Assembly (NCBI GenBank): GCA_903847095.1
Contig: CAINCQ010000024.1
Coordinates: forward strand, 16,628 to 80,627
Direction of reading: 5' to 3'
Length of the DNA: 64,000 nucleotides
Source: an uncultured bacterium
GTDB taxonomy: Bacteria > Patescibacteriota > Minisyncoccia > Minisyncoccales > UBA5738
Below are positions 1 through 8,696 of the stretch, piece after piece (the stretch's first letter is position 1; each line of letters opens with the position of its first letter). Under the pieces are notes generated by a model. That model saw nothing but the letters and a program-made list of their open reading frames with translations, was not told where the DNA came from and searched no databases. The translations under genes were made by a program, and so were the position numbers.

Positions 1-1017
1 TTTATTTTCATGGTGGAGGGTTTGTCGCAGATGTATATTACTGGCCCTGAGGTGGTCAAAAAAGTTACGGGTGAAGAAGTTAGCTTTGAGGATTTGGGCG
101 GGGCCAATACCCACGGTACCAAGAGCGGATGCGCCCATTTTGTTTTTGCCAACGAAAAGGAATGTTTTACGCAGGTAAAAAAGATATTGTCCTATCTTCC
201 GCAAAACAACATGGAGGATCCGCCGCGCCAAAAAAGCATTTTGGCAGAACTGTTCGAAAAGGAAGATAACCAGCGGTTGCTGGAATTGGTTCCCGAAGAG
301 AGCGAGAAGGGGTACGACATGAAAACCGTGATCGAGGAGCTTTTCGACAAGAATACTTTTTTTGAGGTGCAGCAAGGCTTTGCGATCAACTCTTTGGTTG
401 GTTTCGCCAGGCTTGGCGGAGTGGTTGTCGGAGTGGTTGCCAACCAGACCAAATTCATGGCTGGCGTTTTGGATATCGATTCTTCCGATAAAATAGCCAG
501 GTTCGTGCGTTTTTGCGATGCTTTCAATATTCCGATCATTAATTTGGTTGATACTCCCGGATATCTTCCGGGTATTAACCAGGAACATCTCGGGATCATC
601 CGCCACGGCGCCAAGGTTCTTTACGCTTACGCCGAGGCCACGGTGCCAAAGATCAGCGTTATCCTGCGCAAGGCTTTTGGAGGCGCTTATATCGCCCTAG
701 CCAGCCGCAAGCTGGGATACGACAAGGTGTTGGCCTGGCCGTCAGCTCAAATAGCCGTGATGGGAGCCGAACAGGCGGTCAAGATCATCTATAAAAGAGA
801 GATTGCCGAATCGAAAGATCCCGAAATTACCGAAAAGGAAAAGATCGAGGAGATCAAAAAATTATTCTTGAATCCGATGCAGGCCGCTAAGCTTGGCCAG
901 GTGGATATGATCATCAACCCCAAGGATACGCGCCTGATCTTGATGAGATGCCTGGAACCCTTGCTTACCAAGCGGGAAGGCAAAGTGGCTCGCAAACACG
1001 GCAATGTGCCGTTGTAG
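1..1017 (+). CDS. Acyl-CoA carboxyltransferase (propionyl-CoA carboxylase beta / methylmalonyl-CoA decarboxylase alpha family), C-terminal ~338 aa; 5' end outside window
   Basis: The frame is open from nt 1; the ORF track starts at an internal Met at nt 10. Family-typical segments are ITGPEVVKKVTGEEVSFEDLGGANTH, NIPIINLVDTPGYLPG and AFGGAYIA. Confidence 0.85.
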   Translation, partial: FIFMVEGLSQMYITGPEVVKKVTGEEVSFEDLGGANTHGTKSGCAHFVFANEKECFTQVKKILSYLPQNNMEDPPRQKSILAELFEKEDNQRLLELVPEESEKGYDMKTVIEELFDKNTFFEVQQGFAINSLVGFARLGGVVVGVVANQTKFMAGVLDIDSSDKIARFVRFCDAFNIPIINLVDTPGYLPGINQEHLGIIRHGAKVLYAYAEATVPKISVILRKAFGGAYIALASRKLGYDKVLAWPSAQIAVMGAEQAVKIIYKREIAESKDPEITEKEKIEEIKKLFLNPMQAAKLGQVDMIINPKDTRLILMRCLEPLLTKREGKVARKHGNVPL

Positions 1018-1065
1018 AAACATCCGAAGCATCTATGGGCTGGTCCGGCAGGTAATAAAAAAACT

Positions 1066-1512
1066 ATGCTCAGTATCCCCGTCAAGACTAAGATCGCCGC
1101 TTGGATAATGTTTAGCGTCGGTTCGGCTATTTTAATTTTTTCTCTATATTACCTGATGCAATTTGTCCGGCTTCTTTCTTTGGGATGCCCGCCTAATGAT
1201 GAATTTTGCAATGATTTTATCTACCGCCAGTCGATAAATATGATTTGCCGGTATGTTATACCTACGGGAGTTCTTTTTTTATTTGTCGCGGGCAGTCTGG
1301 CTTATAGGAAAAAATATGGTTGGTGGTTTGGAATCGCATCGATTTTTCTATTTGAAATATTTTATGCCTTATTTGTATTGCGGATAATAGATGTTTCAAT
1401 CGATCCATGGCTAATATTGATTTTACCGCCAGTTATGGTGTTTATCGCGTTTTTTCTTTTAATCGCCGACCGGAAAAATTATTTTATCGCGGTTGATGGC
1501 CCGAAAAAATGA
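1066..1512 (+). CDS. Hypothetical integral membrane protein (4 predicted TM helices)
   Basis: 148-aa ORF with alternating long hydrophobic stretches; no recognisable family. Confidence 0.55.
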   Translation: MLSIPVKTKIAAWIMFSVGSAILIFSLYYLMQFVRLLSLGCPPNDEFCNDFIYRQSINMICRYVIPTGVLFLFVAGSLAYRKKYGWWFGIASIFLFEIFYALFVLRIIDVSIDPWLILILPPVMVFIAFFLLIADRKNYFIAVDGPKK

Positions 1513-1783
1513 AATTCGTTTAAAATGGAAGCAATCTTTCAAGAAACGCTTGGATGAAAAGGAAAAAACATAAGAATATTTATCCGATCGTTTCGACATA
1601 TTCGGTTCAGGCTATCTTGGATTTCATTGACAACATTGGATAAACTGCTACAATATAGGTAGTCCGTTGAGCAAACGGACATTGCTTTTAATAATATAAT
1701 AATCCGAAGCGCGAAGCGCGAAAGTCGAAACAAAAAAATTTTAGTTTCGAATTTCGGGTTTCGAATATTCGAGGTAAATTTTG

Positions 1784-3157
1784 ATGGATATCAAAGCGTT
1801 TGGCCTGGCCATTGCCCAGATCGCCGAAGAAAAGGGTTTGGCCCGGGAAAAAATAATCGAGAGCATTGAAACCGCTTTGGCGGCCGCGTACAAAAAAGAA
1901 TATGGGGAAAAAAGCCAGGTGATCAAGGCCAAGTTGGATGTTAAAACCGGAAAAATGGAATTCTGGCAGGTTAAAACGGTTGTTGACCAGGGCATGCTTT
2001 ATACTGATGAGGAGTTGGAACAGCTGCAGGATAAGGCGATTGAGGCAAGCGAAGAAAAAATAAAATTCAATCCCGAAAAGCACGTAATGATCGAGGAAGC
2101 CCAAAAAGACAACGCCGATATTAAGGTCAATGACGAGATCAAGATTCCTCTGGAGGAAAAGGCGGATTTTGGCCGCATTGCCGCCCAGACCGCGAAACAG
2201 GTAATAATCCAAAAGATCCGGGAAGCGGAAAAAGAAAGCATTTTCCAGGATTTCAAACTCAAAGAAGGCGAGATTATGTCGGGCGTGATCCAGCGGCTCG
2301 AGGGAAAGACCGTGTTCATGGATATCGGAAAAACAATGGGTATTTTGAATCGCGAAGAACAGGTGATGGGGGAGTTTTACCGGCCCGCTCAACGGCTCAA
2401 GGTTTTCATTATGAAAGTGGAGCAGACATCGAAGGGCCCGGTGATCTTTTTGTCGCGCGCGTATCCTAAATTCGTTTCCAAGCTGTTCGAACTGGAAGTT
2501 CCCGAGGTTGCCTCCGGCCAGGTTTTGATCAAATCGATCGCCCGCGAGGCGGGGTCGCGCACAAAGATCGCCGTGGCATCGACCGCGGAAGGCATTGATC
2601 CGATCGGCGCGGCCGTAGGACAACGGGGAACCAGGGTGAGCGCCGTGATCAACGAACTGGGTGGAGAAAAGATCGATATCATCGAATATTCCGACGAGCC
2701 GGAAAAATACATCATCAACGCGTTGTCTCCGGCCAAAATCATGGAAGTGAGGATTCTTCCCAAGAACAAGGCGCTGGCCATTGTTCCCAACGATCAGCTT
2801 TCTTTGGCTATCGGAAAGGACGGCCAGAACGTCCGCCTGGCAGCCAAGCTTACCGGATGGAAGATCGATGTCCGCGGTCACGAAAATCTTGACGAGGAAG
2901 CTTTGGCTCTCGAAATGAAAGAAGCCATTAGGGAAGAAGAGGCGGAACGGTTGGCGAGGGAAGGAAAAGGGAAGAGTGAAAAAGCCGCGGAAACGCCAAT
3001 CGTGAGCGAAGAGGTCGTAAAAACCGGGGAGAAGGAAGAGAAGAAAGCGAAAAAGACAAAAAAGGCAAAAACCGGGGAGAAGATCGAAGAGATTGCCGGA
3101 GACAAGCCAAAAAAGGAAAAAAAGGCGAAATCTAAAACCAAAACAAAAGAAAAATAA
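1784..3157 (+). CDS. nusA: Transcription termination/antitermination factor NusA with Lys/Glu-rich C-terminal tail
   Basis: N-terminal segment FGLAIAQIAEEKGL, S1-like segment GEIMSGVIQRLEGKTVFMDIG, and two KH motifs (IGAAVGQRGTRV, LAIGKDGQNVRLAAKLTGWKIDV). ATG at 1784 lies 8 nt after GAGGT; the track uses the TTG at 1781. Confidence 0.9.
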   Translation: MDIKAFGLAIAQIAEEKGLAREKIIESIETALAAAYKKEYGEKSQVIKAKLDVKTGKMEFWQVKTVVDQGMLYTDEELEQLQDKAIEASEEKIKFNPEKHVMIEEAQKDNADIKVNDEIKIPLEEKADFGRIAAQTAKQVIIQKIREAEKESIFQDFKLKEGEIMSGVIQRLEGKTVFMDIGKTMGILNREEQVMGEFYRPAQRLKVFIMKVEQTSKGPVIFLSRAYPKFVSKLFELEVPEVASGQVLIKSIAREAGSRTKIAVASTAEGIDPIGAAVGQRGTRVSAVINELGGEKIDIIEYSDEPEKYIINALSPAKIMEVRILPKNKALAIVPNDQLSLAIGKDGQNVRLAAKLTGWKIDVRGHENLDEEALALEMKEAIREEEAERLAREGKGKSEKAAETPIVSEEVVKTGEKEEKKAKKTKKAKTGEKIEEIAGDKPKKEKKAKSKTKTKEK

Positions 3158-4038
3158 TGAACAAAGCAACGGTTAGCAAATTACCGAAATCAAAGATCGA
3201 AACCCTGGTAGAGATACCGATCGAGGAATTCGATAAATTCATGGATGCCGCTCTCGCCGAATTCGTAAAAGAGCTTGACGTAGAAGGTTTCCGCAAGGGA
3301 ATGGCTCCCAAGGAGCTTGTCGCACGCAAGGCCGGTGACGCGCGGATTATTGAAAGGGCGTCAAAGATCGCTATCGAGGATAGTTATCCCAAGGTTCTTT
3401 TGGAGAATAAACTTGAACCGCTGGGCTATCCGGAGATCGAGATCGTTAAATTGGCCAGAGGCAATCCTTTTGAATACAAATTCATTATTTCGGTTTTTCC
3501 GGAAGTAGCGCTGGGCGACTACAAGGAGGTTGCCAAACAGATTACTTTCAAGGAGCCTGAAGTCAATGACGAGGATATCAAGCGGTTGAAAATGGAAAAG
3601 GCCCAGCATGAAAAGGAGCATATCCGCGAGGATTTGCTCGACAAGCTCCGCGAGATTGCCAAGATCGAGATCCCGGAAGTAATGGTAGCGCGCGAGACCG
3701 AGCGGATGATGGAGGATTTGCGCAAAAAAACCCCGCAAGCTTTGAATATGCCTTTTGAGGAATATTTGAAGAAGATCAAAAAGACCGAAGACGAATTGAG
3801 GGTTACTTTCAATGAAGATAATGAAAAAAAGATCGGTAATTTCCTGATTCTCCAGGAAATCGCCAAAATAGAAAAGATCGAGCCTACCGAAAAAGAGATC
3901 GGGGACGTGATAGAAAAAGTCACGGCTGGCGAGCCTAAGGAGAACCTCGATTTGAATTATTTGAACGAATATTACAAAGACGTCGTAAAAAACGAGAAAG
4001 TTTTTGATTTTCTCGAGGGTTTGTTTAAAAAAGCTTAA
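3157..4038 (+). CDS. tig: Trigger factor, short form lacking the central PPIase (FKBP) domain
   Basis: N-terminal ribosome-binding domain with signature GFRKGMAPKELV, followed directly by C-terminal-arm-like sequence. Only 293 aa. The start overlaps the nusA stop (TAATG). Confidence 0.75.
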   Translation: MNKATVSKLPKSKIETLVEIPIEEFDKFMDAALAEFVKELDVEGFRKGMAPKELVARKAGDARIIERASKIAIEDSYPKVLLENKLEPLGYPEIEIVKLARGNPFEYKFIISVFPEVALGDYKEVAKQITFKEPEVNDEDIKRLKMEKAQHEKEHIREDLLDKLREIAKIEIPEVMVARETERMMEDLRKKTPQALNMPFEEYLKKIKKTEDELRVTFNEDNEKKIGNFLILQEIAKIEKIEPTEKEIGDVIEKVTAGEPKENLDLNYLNEYYKDVVKNEKVFDFLEGLFKKA

Positions 4039-4150
4039 AACGTAAAGCGAAAAGCGCAAAACGACAATTTAAAACAAAAAACATCGCAAGATGTTCGAAT
4101 TTTAAGATGTTGCTTTAAGCTTTTTATCTTTAGTTTTGCGTTGACAAAAT

Positions 4151-4735
4151 ATGAACCTTATACCTACTGTTATCGAAAAGACCCAATATGGAGAGCGGGC
4201 CTATGACATTTATTCCCGCCTGTTAAAAGATAGGATAGTTTTCCTGGGCGGGCAAGTCAATGATGTCGTGGCCAATTCCATAATCGCCCAATTCCTGTTC
4301 TTAGCTTCCAAGGATGAAAAAAAAGACATTCAGTTTTATTTGAATAGTCCCGGAGGGTCGGTTACGGCCGGTTTGGCGATCTATGACACAATGCAACACG
4401 TCAAATGCCCGGTATCGACCGTTTGCGTTGGGATGGCTGCTTCGATGGGCGCCGTTCTGTTGGCCGCGGGCGCCAAAGGCAAGCGTTTCGCGCTTCCCAA
4501 TTCCGAGATCATGCTTCATCAGGTGATGGGCGGAGTTTCCGGCGAAGCGGTCGAGATTGAGATCACGGCAAAACAAATAATCAAGATTCGCGAGAAATTG
4601 AACACGATAATTGCCAAACATACCGGCCAGGATGTCAAAAAAATAGCGAATGATACCGACAGAGATTTTTATCTCTCAGCCGAGGAAGCAAAGGAGTATG
4701 GCCTGATCGACGAAGTGATTAAAACCAAGGATTAA
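4151..4735 (+). CDS. clpP: ATP-dependent Clp protease proteolytic subunit
   Basis: Full-length ClpP-like sequence: [17 protein letters not shown], active-site Ser context [11 protein letters not shown], and His context MLHQV. Confidence 0.95.
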   Translation: MNLIPTVIEKTQYGERAYDIYSRLLKDRIVFLGGQVNDVVANSIIAQFLFLASKDEKKDIQFYLNSPGGSVTAGLAIYDTMQHVKCPVSTVCVGMAASMGAVLLAAGAKGKRFALPNSEIMLHQVMGGVSGEAVEIEITAKQIIKIREKLNTIIAKHTGQDVKKIANDTDRDFYLSAEEAKEYGLIDEVIKTKD

Positions 4736-4740
4736 AACAA

Positions 4741-4778
4741 AAAAACGCTCTCTTTAAAACGGGGGCGTTTTTTTTCTG
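4741..4778 (+). terminator. Putative intrinsic terminator after clpP
   Basis: AAAAACGC...GGGGGCGTTTTTTTT hairpin plus T-run immediately after the stop codon. Confidence 0.55.
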
Positions 4779-4887
4779 GTTATTCCAAAAAAAGAACGGC
4801 TATGGTATGATCAATAATAGGTAATTTTCATAACGCCAACGTCTTAGTAGGGCAATGGGCCCGAGGAGGCGGGAAGCGTCCCTTCAA

Positions 4888-6240
4888 ATGGAATTAAAAA
4901 ATAGTCGTAGCCGCGTTTTGTTTTTAGTTTCAGTTTTATTAGCGGTTGTCTGCGTTTTATCTCCTTATTACGCGTTGGCGAAATCGGGAGATAACGTTTC
5001 TGGTTTTGCCTGGTCCGAAAACATCGGCTGGGTCAGTTCGAATTGTACCGATACCGCGACTTGCGGAACAAGCGATTACGGAATTAATATAGGCGCCGGC
5101 GGAAAGTTGTCGGGTTACGCCTGGTCCGAGAACATCGGCTGGATCACGTTTAACGAAGATGATCTTACCGGGTGTCCGACTGCGCCCTGCGTAGCTTCTG
5201 TAGATTTAGGTTGCCCCGCCGGCCAATGTACGGTAAGCGGTTGGGCAAGAGTATTGGCTAATGGAGGCGGTTGGGACGGATGGATAAAATTGGGGGGCAT
5301 AGCCGATGACGGGAGCCCTTATCCTTTGTACATCGACTCTGCCACAGGAGAGTTTCGCGGTTGGGCATGGTCGGACCAGGTTTTGGGTTGGCTTAGCTTC
5401 AATTGTCTCGATAGGGCCATTTGCGGAACCTCTAACTACAAACTAAAGACGACGTTAGGCTTTGCCCGCTCGCCCATAGCGGCTATGGCCTGCGACGGCG
5501 GCCAATGCGCTGGCGGAACGTGTAATGCGACAACCTGGATATCTTATCGTCCCGTGGCTGATCCGACGCCCTGTATTTACAGGATCGTCAACAAATCCAC
5601 GGATCCGGACGGGGCGAGCGATATAGTAAGATCCGAATGGGTTTACAAAGTTCAAGGGTCCGACGACTCGACCTATCAAGCAATATCGGGTTGTCCGAGT
5701 TTCAATGGAATAAGCGATTGTACCCTTCAGTCTGGTGTTGCCGCCGGTAATTATACGATCAAATTAACGGTTAAGGATGCCGCCGGTAATTCAAGTTCAG
5801 CGACTCACGACATTACTATCAAAGCCGAAGTGGCGGCTGGTTTTATGTGTTCCCTGGATAATATCAATTGGCGGGACTGCGGGCCTTTGTCGGGAAAGAT
5901 AGCGAAAAACACAACGATTTATTTTAAGGATGATCCGTCTTTAACCATACATTCGGTAGCCAGTGATGGCGAATCGATCACAACCAGGGAATGGACTTGG
6001 AACGGGGTGGTTTTGGGCGGAAACAGCGGATCTGTTTCAACCACGGTGGTTGGAAAAATCAATAAAATCAGATTGAACGTGACCGATTCCGCCGGAAGGT
6101 CCGACTATTTGGAATACGACCTGAACGCAAAATCCATTCCGGATTGGGAGGAGGTAACCAAGGTTGTTCCTGAACCGAAAAAGACAAATCTGATTGGTTT
6201 TCTGTTGGAACGGTTTGTGGCCGGAGTATATCGTTTTTAA
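4888..6240 (+). CDS. Secreted/cell-surface protein with N-terminal signal anchor, three WSENIGW-type repeats and two PKD/Ig-like domains
   Basis: Signal-like segment MELKNSRSRVLFLVSVLLAVVCVL. Repeats are SGFAWSENIGWVSSNC, SGYAWSENIGWITFN and RGWAWSDQVLGWLSFNC. PKD-like segments include YTIKLTVKDAAGNSSSATHDITI and IRLNVTDSAGRSDY. The Met at 4888 is preferred over 4855. Confidence 0.7.
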   Translation: MELKNSRSRVLFLVSVLLAVVCVLSPYYALAKSGDNVSGFAWSENIGWVSSNCTDTATCGTSDYGINIGAGGKLSGYAWSENIGWITFNEDDLTGCPTAPCVASVDLGCPAGQCTVSGWARVLANGGGWDGWIKLGGIADDGSPYPLYIDSATGEFRGWAWSDQVLGWLSFNCLDRAICGTSNYKLKTTLGFARSPIAAMACDGGQCAGGTCNATTWISYRPVADPTPCIYRIVNKSTDPDGASDIVRSEWVYKVQGSDDSTYQAISGCPSFNGISDCTLQSGVAAGNYTIKLTVKDAAGNSSSATHDITIKAEVAAGFMCSLDNINWRDCGPLSGKIAKNTTIYFKDDPSLTIHSVASDGESITTREWTWNGVVLGGNSGSVSTTVVGKINKIRLNVTDSAGRSDYLEYDLNAKSIPDWEEVTKVVPEPKKTNLIGFLLERFVAGVYRF

Positions 6241-6252
6241 CTTTATCGGGGC

Positions 6253-6558
6253 AATATCCCGCTGCCGTGTTTCGGGGTTTTGTGCCAAGAGGATTTTTTT
6301 CCGCGGAATGTGGGTGAGTCAACCGGAAAATACAAAATTTATCGTTTCTCATTTTTGTAAAAAAAAGAAAGCCGACAGCAAATACCTCCAAACGCTTTTT
6401 TTGCCAACTTAGCCTGGACTCGTTTTATGTTTAACCAAGTCCGTCCGGCGAGGGTTTTATTGGGAAATACCCCGCATATGCTGTGTATCGGGGGTTTCCA
6501 AGAGGATTCCAAAGGGGTGTCCCCTTTGGTCGCAAGATCGGGGGTTAATACCCCGATC
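6253..6558 (+). repeat. Two tandem copies of intergenic repeat family 2 (6253-6296 and 6455-6510), the second extended by two GC hairpins (6509-6529, 6537-6558)
   Basis: Shared pattern ATAyCCCG-N11-14-CGGGG(G)TTT-N0-4-CCAAGAGGATT. Each copy is followed by a direct repeat GAGTCAA-N3-4-AAAATAyAAAATTTAT (6315-6342 and 6563-6588). Confidence 0.7.
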
Positions 6559-6816
6559 GCGGAGTCAAATGAAAAATATAAAATTTATTTCTGCGGTCGG
6601 TTCGATCCCGTATAAAAAAATTACCGGTTTTTTCTAGACCAGTTCGGATGGCGTAAAGAGGCAATTCTTGAACCGCCGGAAAGCTGTTTAAATTGAAAAT
6701 TCATCAGCCGTATCAAAAAAAGGAAAACCGAACCTGGCTTCCGTTCGCGATCTAATCGTTAAAAACTTTTTTGGCAAAGCCATGAAAGGCGGGTAGCCGG
6801 ATTCGCGATCAAAATC

Positions 6817-8337
6817 ATGAATTCATTTATTATAGACGTCATTATCTTGGTTGTTGGTTTATTTTTGGGTTATTACGCTCGCCAGATGATCGCGATAAAA
6901 AGAGCGGGTAATATCGAAAAGGTTCTTGCCAACAAGATCCAAAAAGCGAAGTTAGAAGCTCAAAAGATCCTTACCGAGGCCGAGGATAAAACGCAGAAAC
7001 TTACGGAAGCGACAAAAAACGAGATCCAGCAGAGGCATAAAGAGCTTATCAGGACCGAGTCGCTGGTTCTAAAAAGAGAAAGTATGCTGGAGCAAAAGAT
7101 CACGGAATTCGAGATTAAAGAAAAAGACTTTCAGGAGAAGATAAAGAAACTTAGAGCGTTGAAGGAAAACCTGGAAGAGGTTCATAAGCAGGCGGTGGAT
7201 AACTTGGAACGCGTTGCCGGATTGACCAAATCCGACGCCAAAAAGGAGCTGTTCGAAGCTTTAGAAAAAGAATATCAGCGCGATTTGCTCAATAAAGTCC
7301 GTGGGCTTGAAGCGGAAGGAATAGAGCGATTCAAAAAGAGGGCCAAAGAGATCCTGGTTCACGCGATCCAAAAATTCGCCCTTTCCCAGGCGCAAGAAGT
7401 TACTACTTCAATAGTGAGTCTTCCGTCCGACGACATCAAGGGGAGGATCATCGGTAAAGAAGGCCGGAACATTCGAACCTTGGAAAGACTTACGGGGGTC
7501 GAGGTGATCATCGATGAGACCCCAGAAACGGTGGTTATCTCCGGTTTTGATCCTACGCGCCGGCAGATCGCCAAGATCGCCTTGGAGAAATTGATACAAG
7601 ATTCGCGCATTCAGCCGGCTCGTATCGAGGAAATGGTCAAATTGGCCGAAGAGGAGATTGCCAGCCAGATCAAAGAAGCGGGTGAGCAGGCATGTTATGA
7701 TGTTGGGATCCTTGATCTTCCCCCAAGACTGGTCCAGCTGCTTGGACGGCTGCGTTTTAGGACAAGTTATGGCCAGAATGTTTTACTGCATTCCATGGAA
7801 GTTGCGCATTTGGCGGGAACTCTTGCTGCCGAGGTGGGAGGGAACGTCCGAATCGCCAAAAAAGCCGGATTGCTCCACGATATCGGTAAATCGATCGACC
7901 AGCAGATCGAGGGTTCCCATGTGGAAATAGGCATAAAAATACTGGAGAAATTCAATATTGATCCGGCGGTGATTCTGGCTATGAGGTCCCATCATGAAGA
8001 ATTTCCTTACGAAGGATTGGAAGGAATACTGGTCCAAGCCGCTGACCAGATTTCAGGAGCGCGGCCGGGAGCCCGGAAAGACACGGTTGAAAATTACTTG
8101 AAACGATTGAGCGAATTGGAAGGTATTGCCACTTCGTTCACCGGAGTCGAAAAAGCTTGGGCGTTGCAAGCGGGCCGGGAAATAAGGGTTTTCGTGAGGC
8201 CAAAGGAAATTGATGATTGGGGGGCAAAGAAAATGGCCAGGGATATCGCCAAAAGGATCGAGGAGGAATTAAGATATCCAGGAGAGATCAAGGTAAATGT
8301 CATCCGCGAAACGAGAGTGACCGAATACGCGAAATAA
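6817..8337 (+). CDS. rny: Ribonuclease Y
   Basis: N-terminal TM helix, coiled-coil region, KH motif GRIIGKEGRNIRTLE and HD-domain motif LLHDIGK. Confidence 0.9.
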   Translation: MNSFIIDVIILVVGLFLGYYARQMIAIKRAGNIEKVLANKIQKAKLEAQKILTEAEDKTQKLTEATKNEIQQRHKELIRTESLVLKRESMLEQKITEFEIKEKDFQEKIKKLRALKENLEEVHKQAVDNLERVAGLTKSDAKKELFEALEKEYQRDLLNKVRGLEAEGIERFKKRAKEILVHAIQKFALSQAQEVTTSIVSLPSDDIKGRIIGKEGRNIRTLERLTGVEVIIDETPETVVISGFDPTRRQIAKIALEKLIQDSRIQPARIEEMVKLAEEEIASQIKEAGEQACYDVGILDLPPRLVQLLGRLRFRTSYGQNVLLHSMEVAHLAGTLAAEVGGNVRIAKKAGLLHDIGKSIDQQIEGSHVEIGIKILEKFNIDPAVILAMRSHHEEFPYEGLEGILVQAADQISGARPGARKDTVENYLKRLSELEGIATSFTGVEKAWALQAGREIRVFVRPKEIDDWGAKKMARDIAKRIEEELRYPGEIKVNVIRETRVTEYAK

Positions 8338-8380
8338 CATAAGCACAATCGATCTAATCTATCAACCGACCAAACGAGAA

Positions 8381-8419
8381 AAAAAGAAAGGACCGCTTAA
8401 AGCGGTCCTTTATTTTTTT
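8381..8419. terminator. Bidirectional intrinsic terminator between rny (+) and the tRNA cluster (-)
   Basis: Perfect palindrome GGACCGCTT/AAGCGGTCC, flanked by an A-run upstream and a T-run downstream, so it can work on both strands. Confidence 0.7.
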
Positions 8420-8421
8420 CA

Positions 8422-8520
8422 CGGAGCGGGTGATGGGAATATTTCCCCGCAGAAAAGCGGGGGCCCTGGTTCCCATCACCAATACGATCAAAACCAGCCT
8501 TTCGGCCGGTCTTGATACCA
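8422..8520 (-). other. Structured ~100-nt element downstream of tRNA-Gly with an 18-nt exact copy of the tRNA-Gly 3' end
   Basis: Read on the minus strand: a 13-bp hairpin with a GAAA loop (8487-8516), then a nested long hairpin (8429-8480). GGAGCGGGTGATGGGAAT at 8423-8440 is identical to 8522-8539 inside tRNA-Gly. Confidence 0.6.
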
Positions 8521-8594
8521 TGGAGCGGGTGATGGGAATCGAACCCACGTCACAAACTTGGAAGGTTTGGGCTCTACCATTGAGCTACACCCGC
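8521..8594 (-). tRNA. tRNA-Gly(TCC), CCA encoded
   Basis: The reverse complement GCGGGTGTAGCTCAATGGTAGAGCCCAAACCTTCCAAGTTTGTGACGTGGGTTCGATTCCCATCACCCGCTCCA folds as a cloverleaf with anticodon loop CTTCCAA. Confidence 0.9.
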
Positions 8595-8696
8595 GGATCG
8601 AAACTGCCGTATTGTTGGAATTCAATAATTTTTTTTCGGGGTGCCCGGATTATCCGCCAGAGGCGGATGCGCCTCTGGCGAGAATCTGATTCTGTC
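8595..8696 (-). other. Spacer downstream of tRNA-Pro with an 11-bp perfect hairpin and a degenerate copy of the tRNA-Pro 3' end
   Basis: Hairpin CGCCAGAGGCG-GATG-CGCCTCTGGCG at 8655-8680. TCGGGGTGCCCGGATT at 8636-8651 matches 8698-8713 of tRNA-Pro at 14 of 16 positions. Confidence 0.55.

Noticed and set aside
1688-3169. 493-aa minus-strand ORF, longer than nusA itself.
   Set aside because: It lies exactly antisense to nusA. The translation is low-complexity Phe/Leu-rich sequence, the mirror image of the Lys/Glu-rich sense strand. NusA motifs on the plus strand are unambiguous.
6427-6615. 62-aa ORF in the rny upstream spacer.
   Set aside because: It runs through three perfect hairpins and repeat copies. 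No promoter or RBS precedes its ATG, and the sequence is duplicated non-codingly at 6253-6342.
6772-6790. TTTGGCAAAGCyATGrAAA shared between 6772-6790 and the start of gene 17441 (17424-17446).
   Set aside because: There are only two copies of about 15 nt. At 6782 the ATG opens a 4-codon ORF. This is most likely chance similarity.
6241-6816. tmRNA, RNase P RNA, SRP RNA or a known riboswitch in the long spacer before rny.
   Set aside because: I could not find the conserved signatures: the RNase P GAGGAAAGUCC/ACAGAA boxes, the SRP GGAA-loop helix 8 with AGCAGCC, or a tmRNA tag ORF with a tRNA-Ala-like end. The spacer is left as an unassigned structured region.
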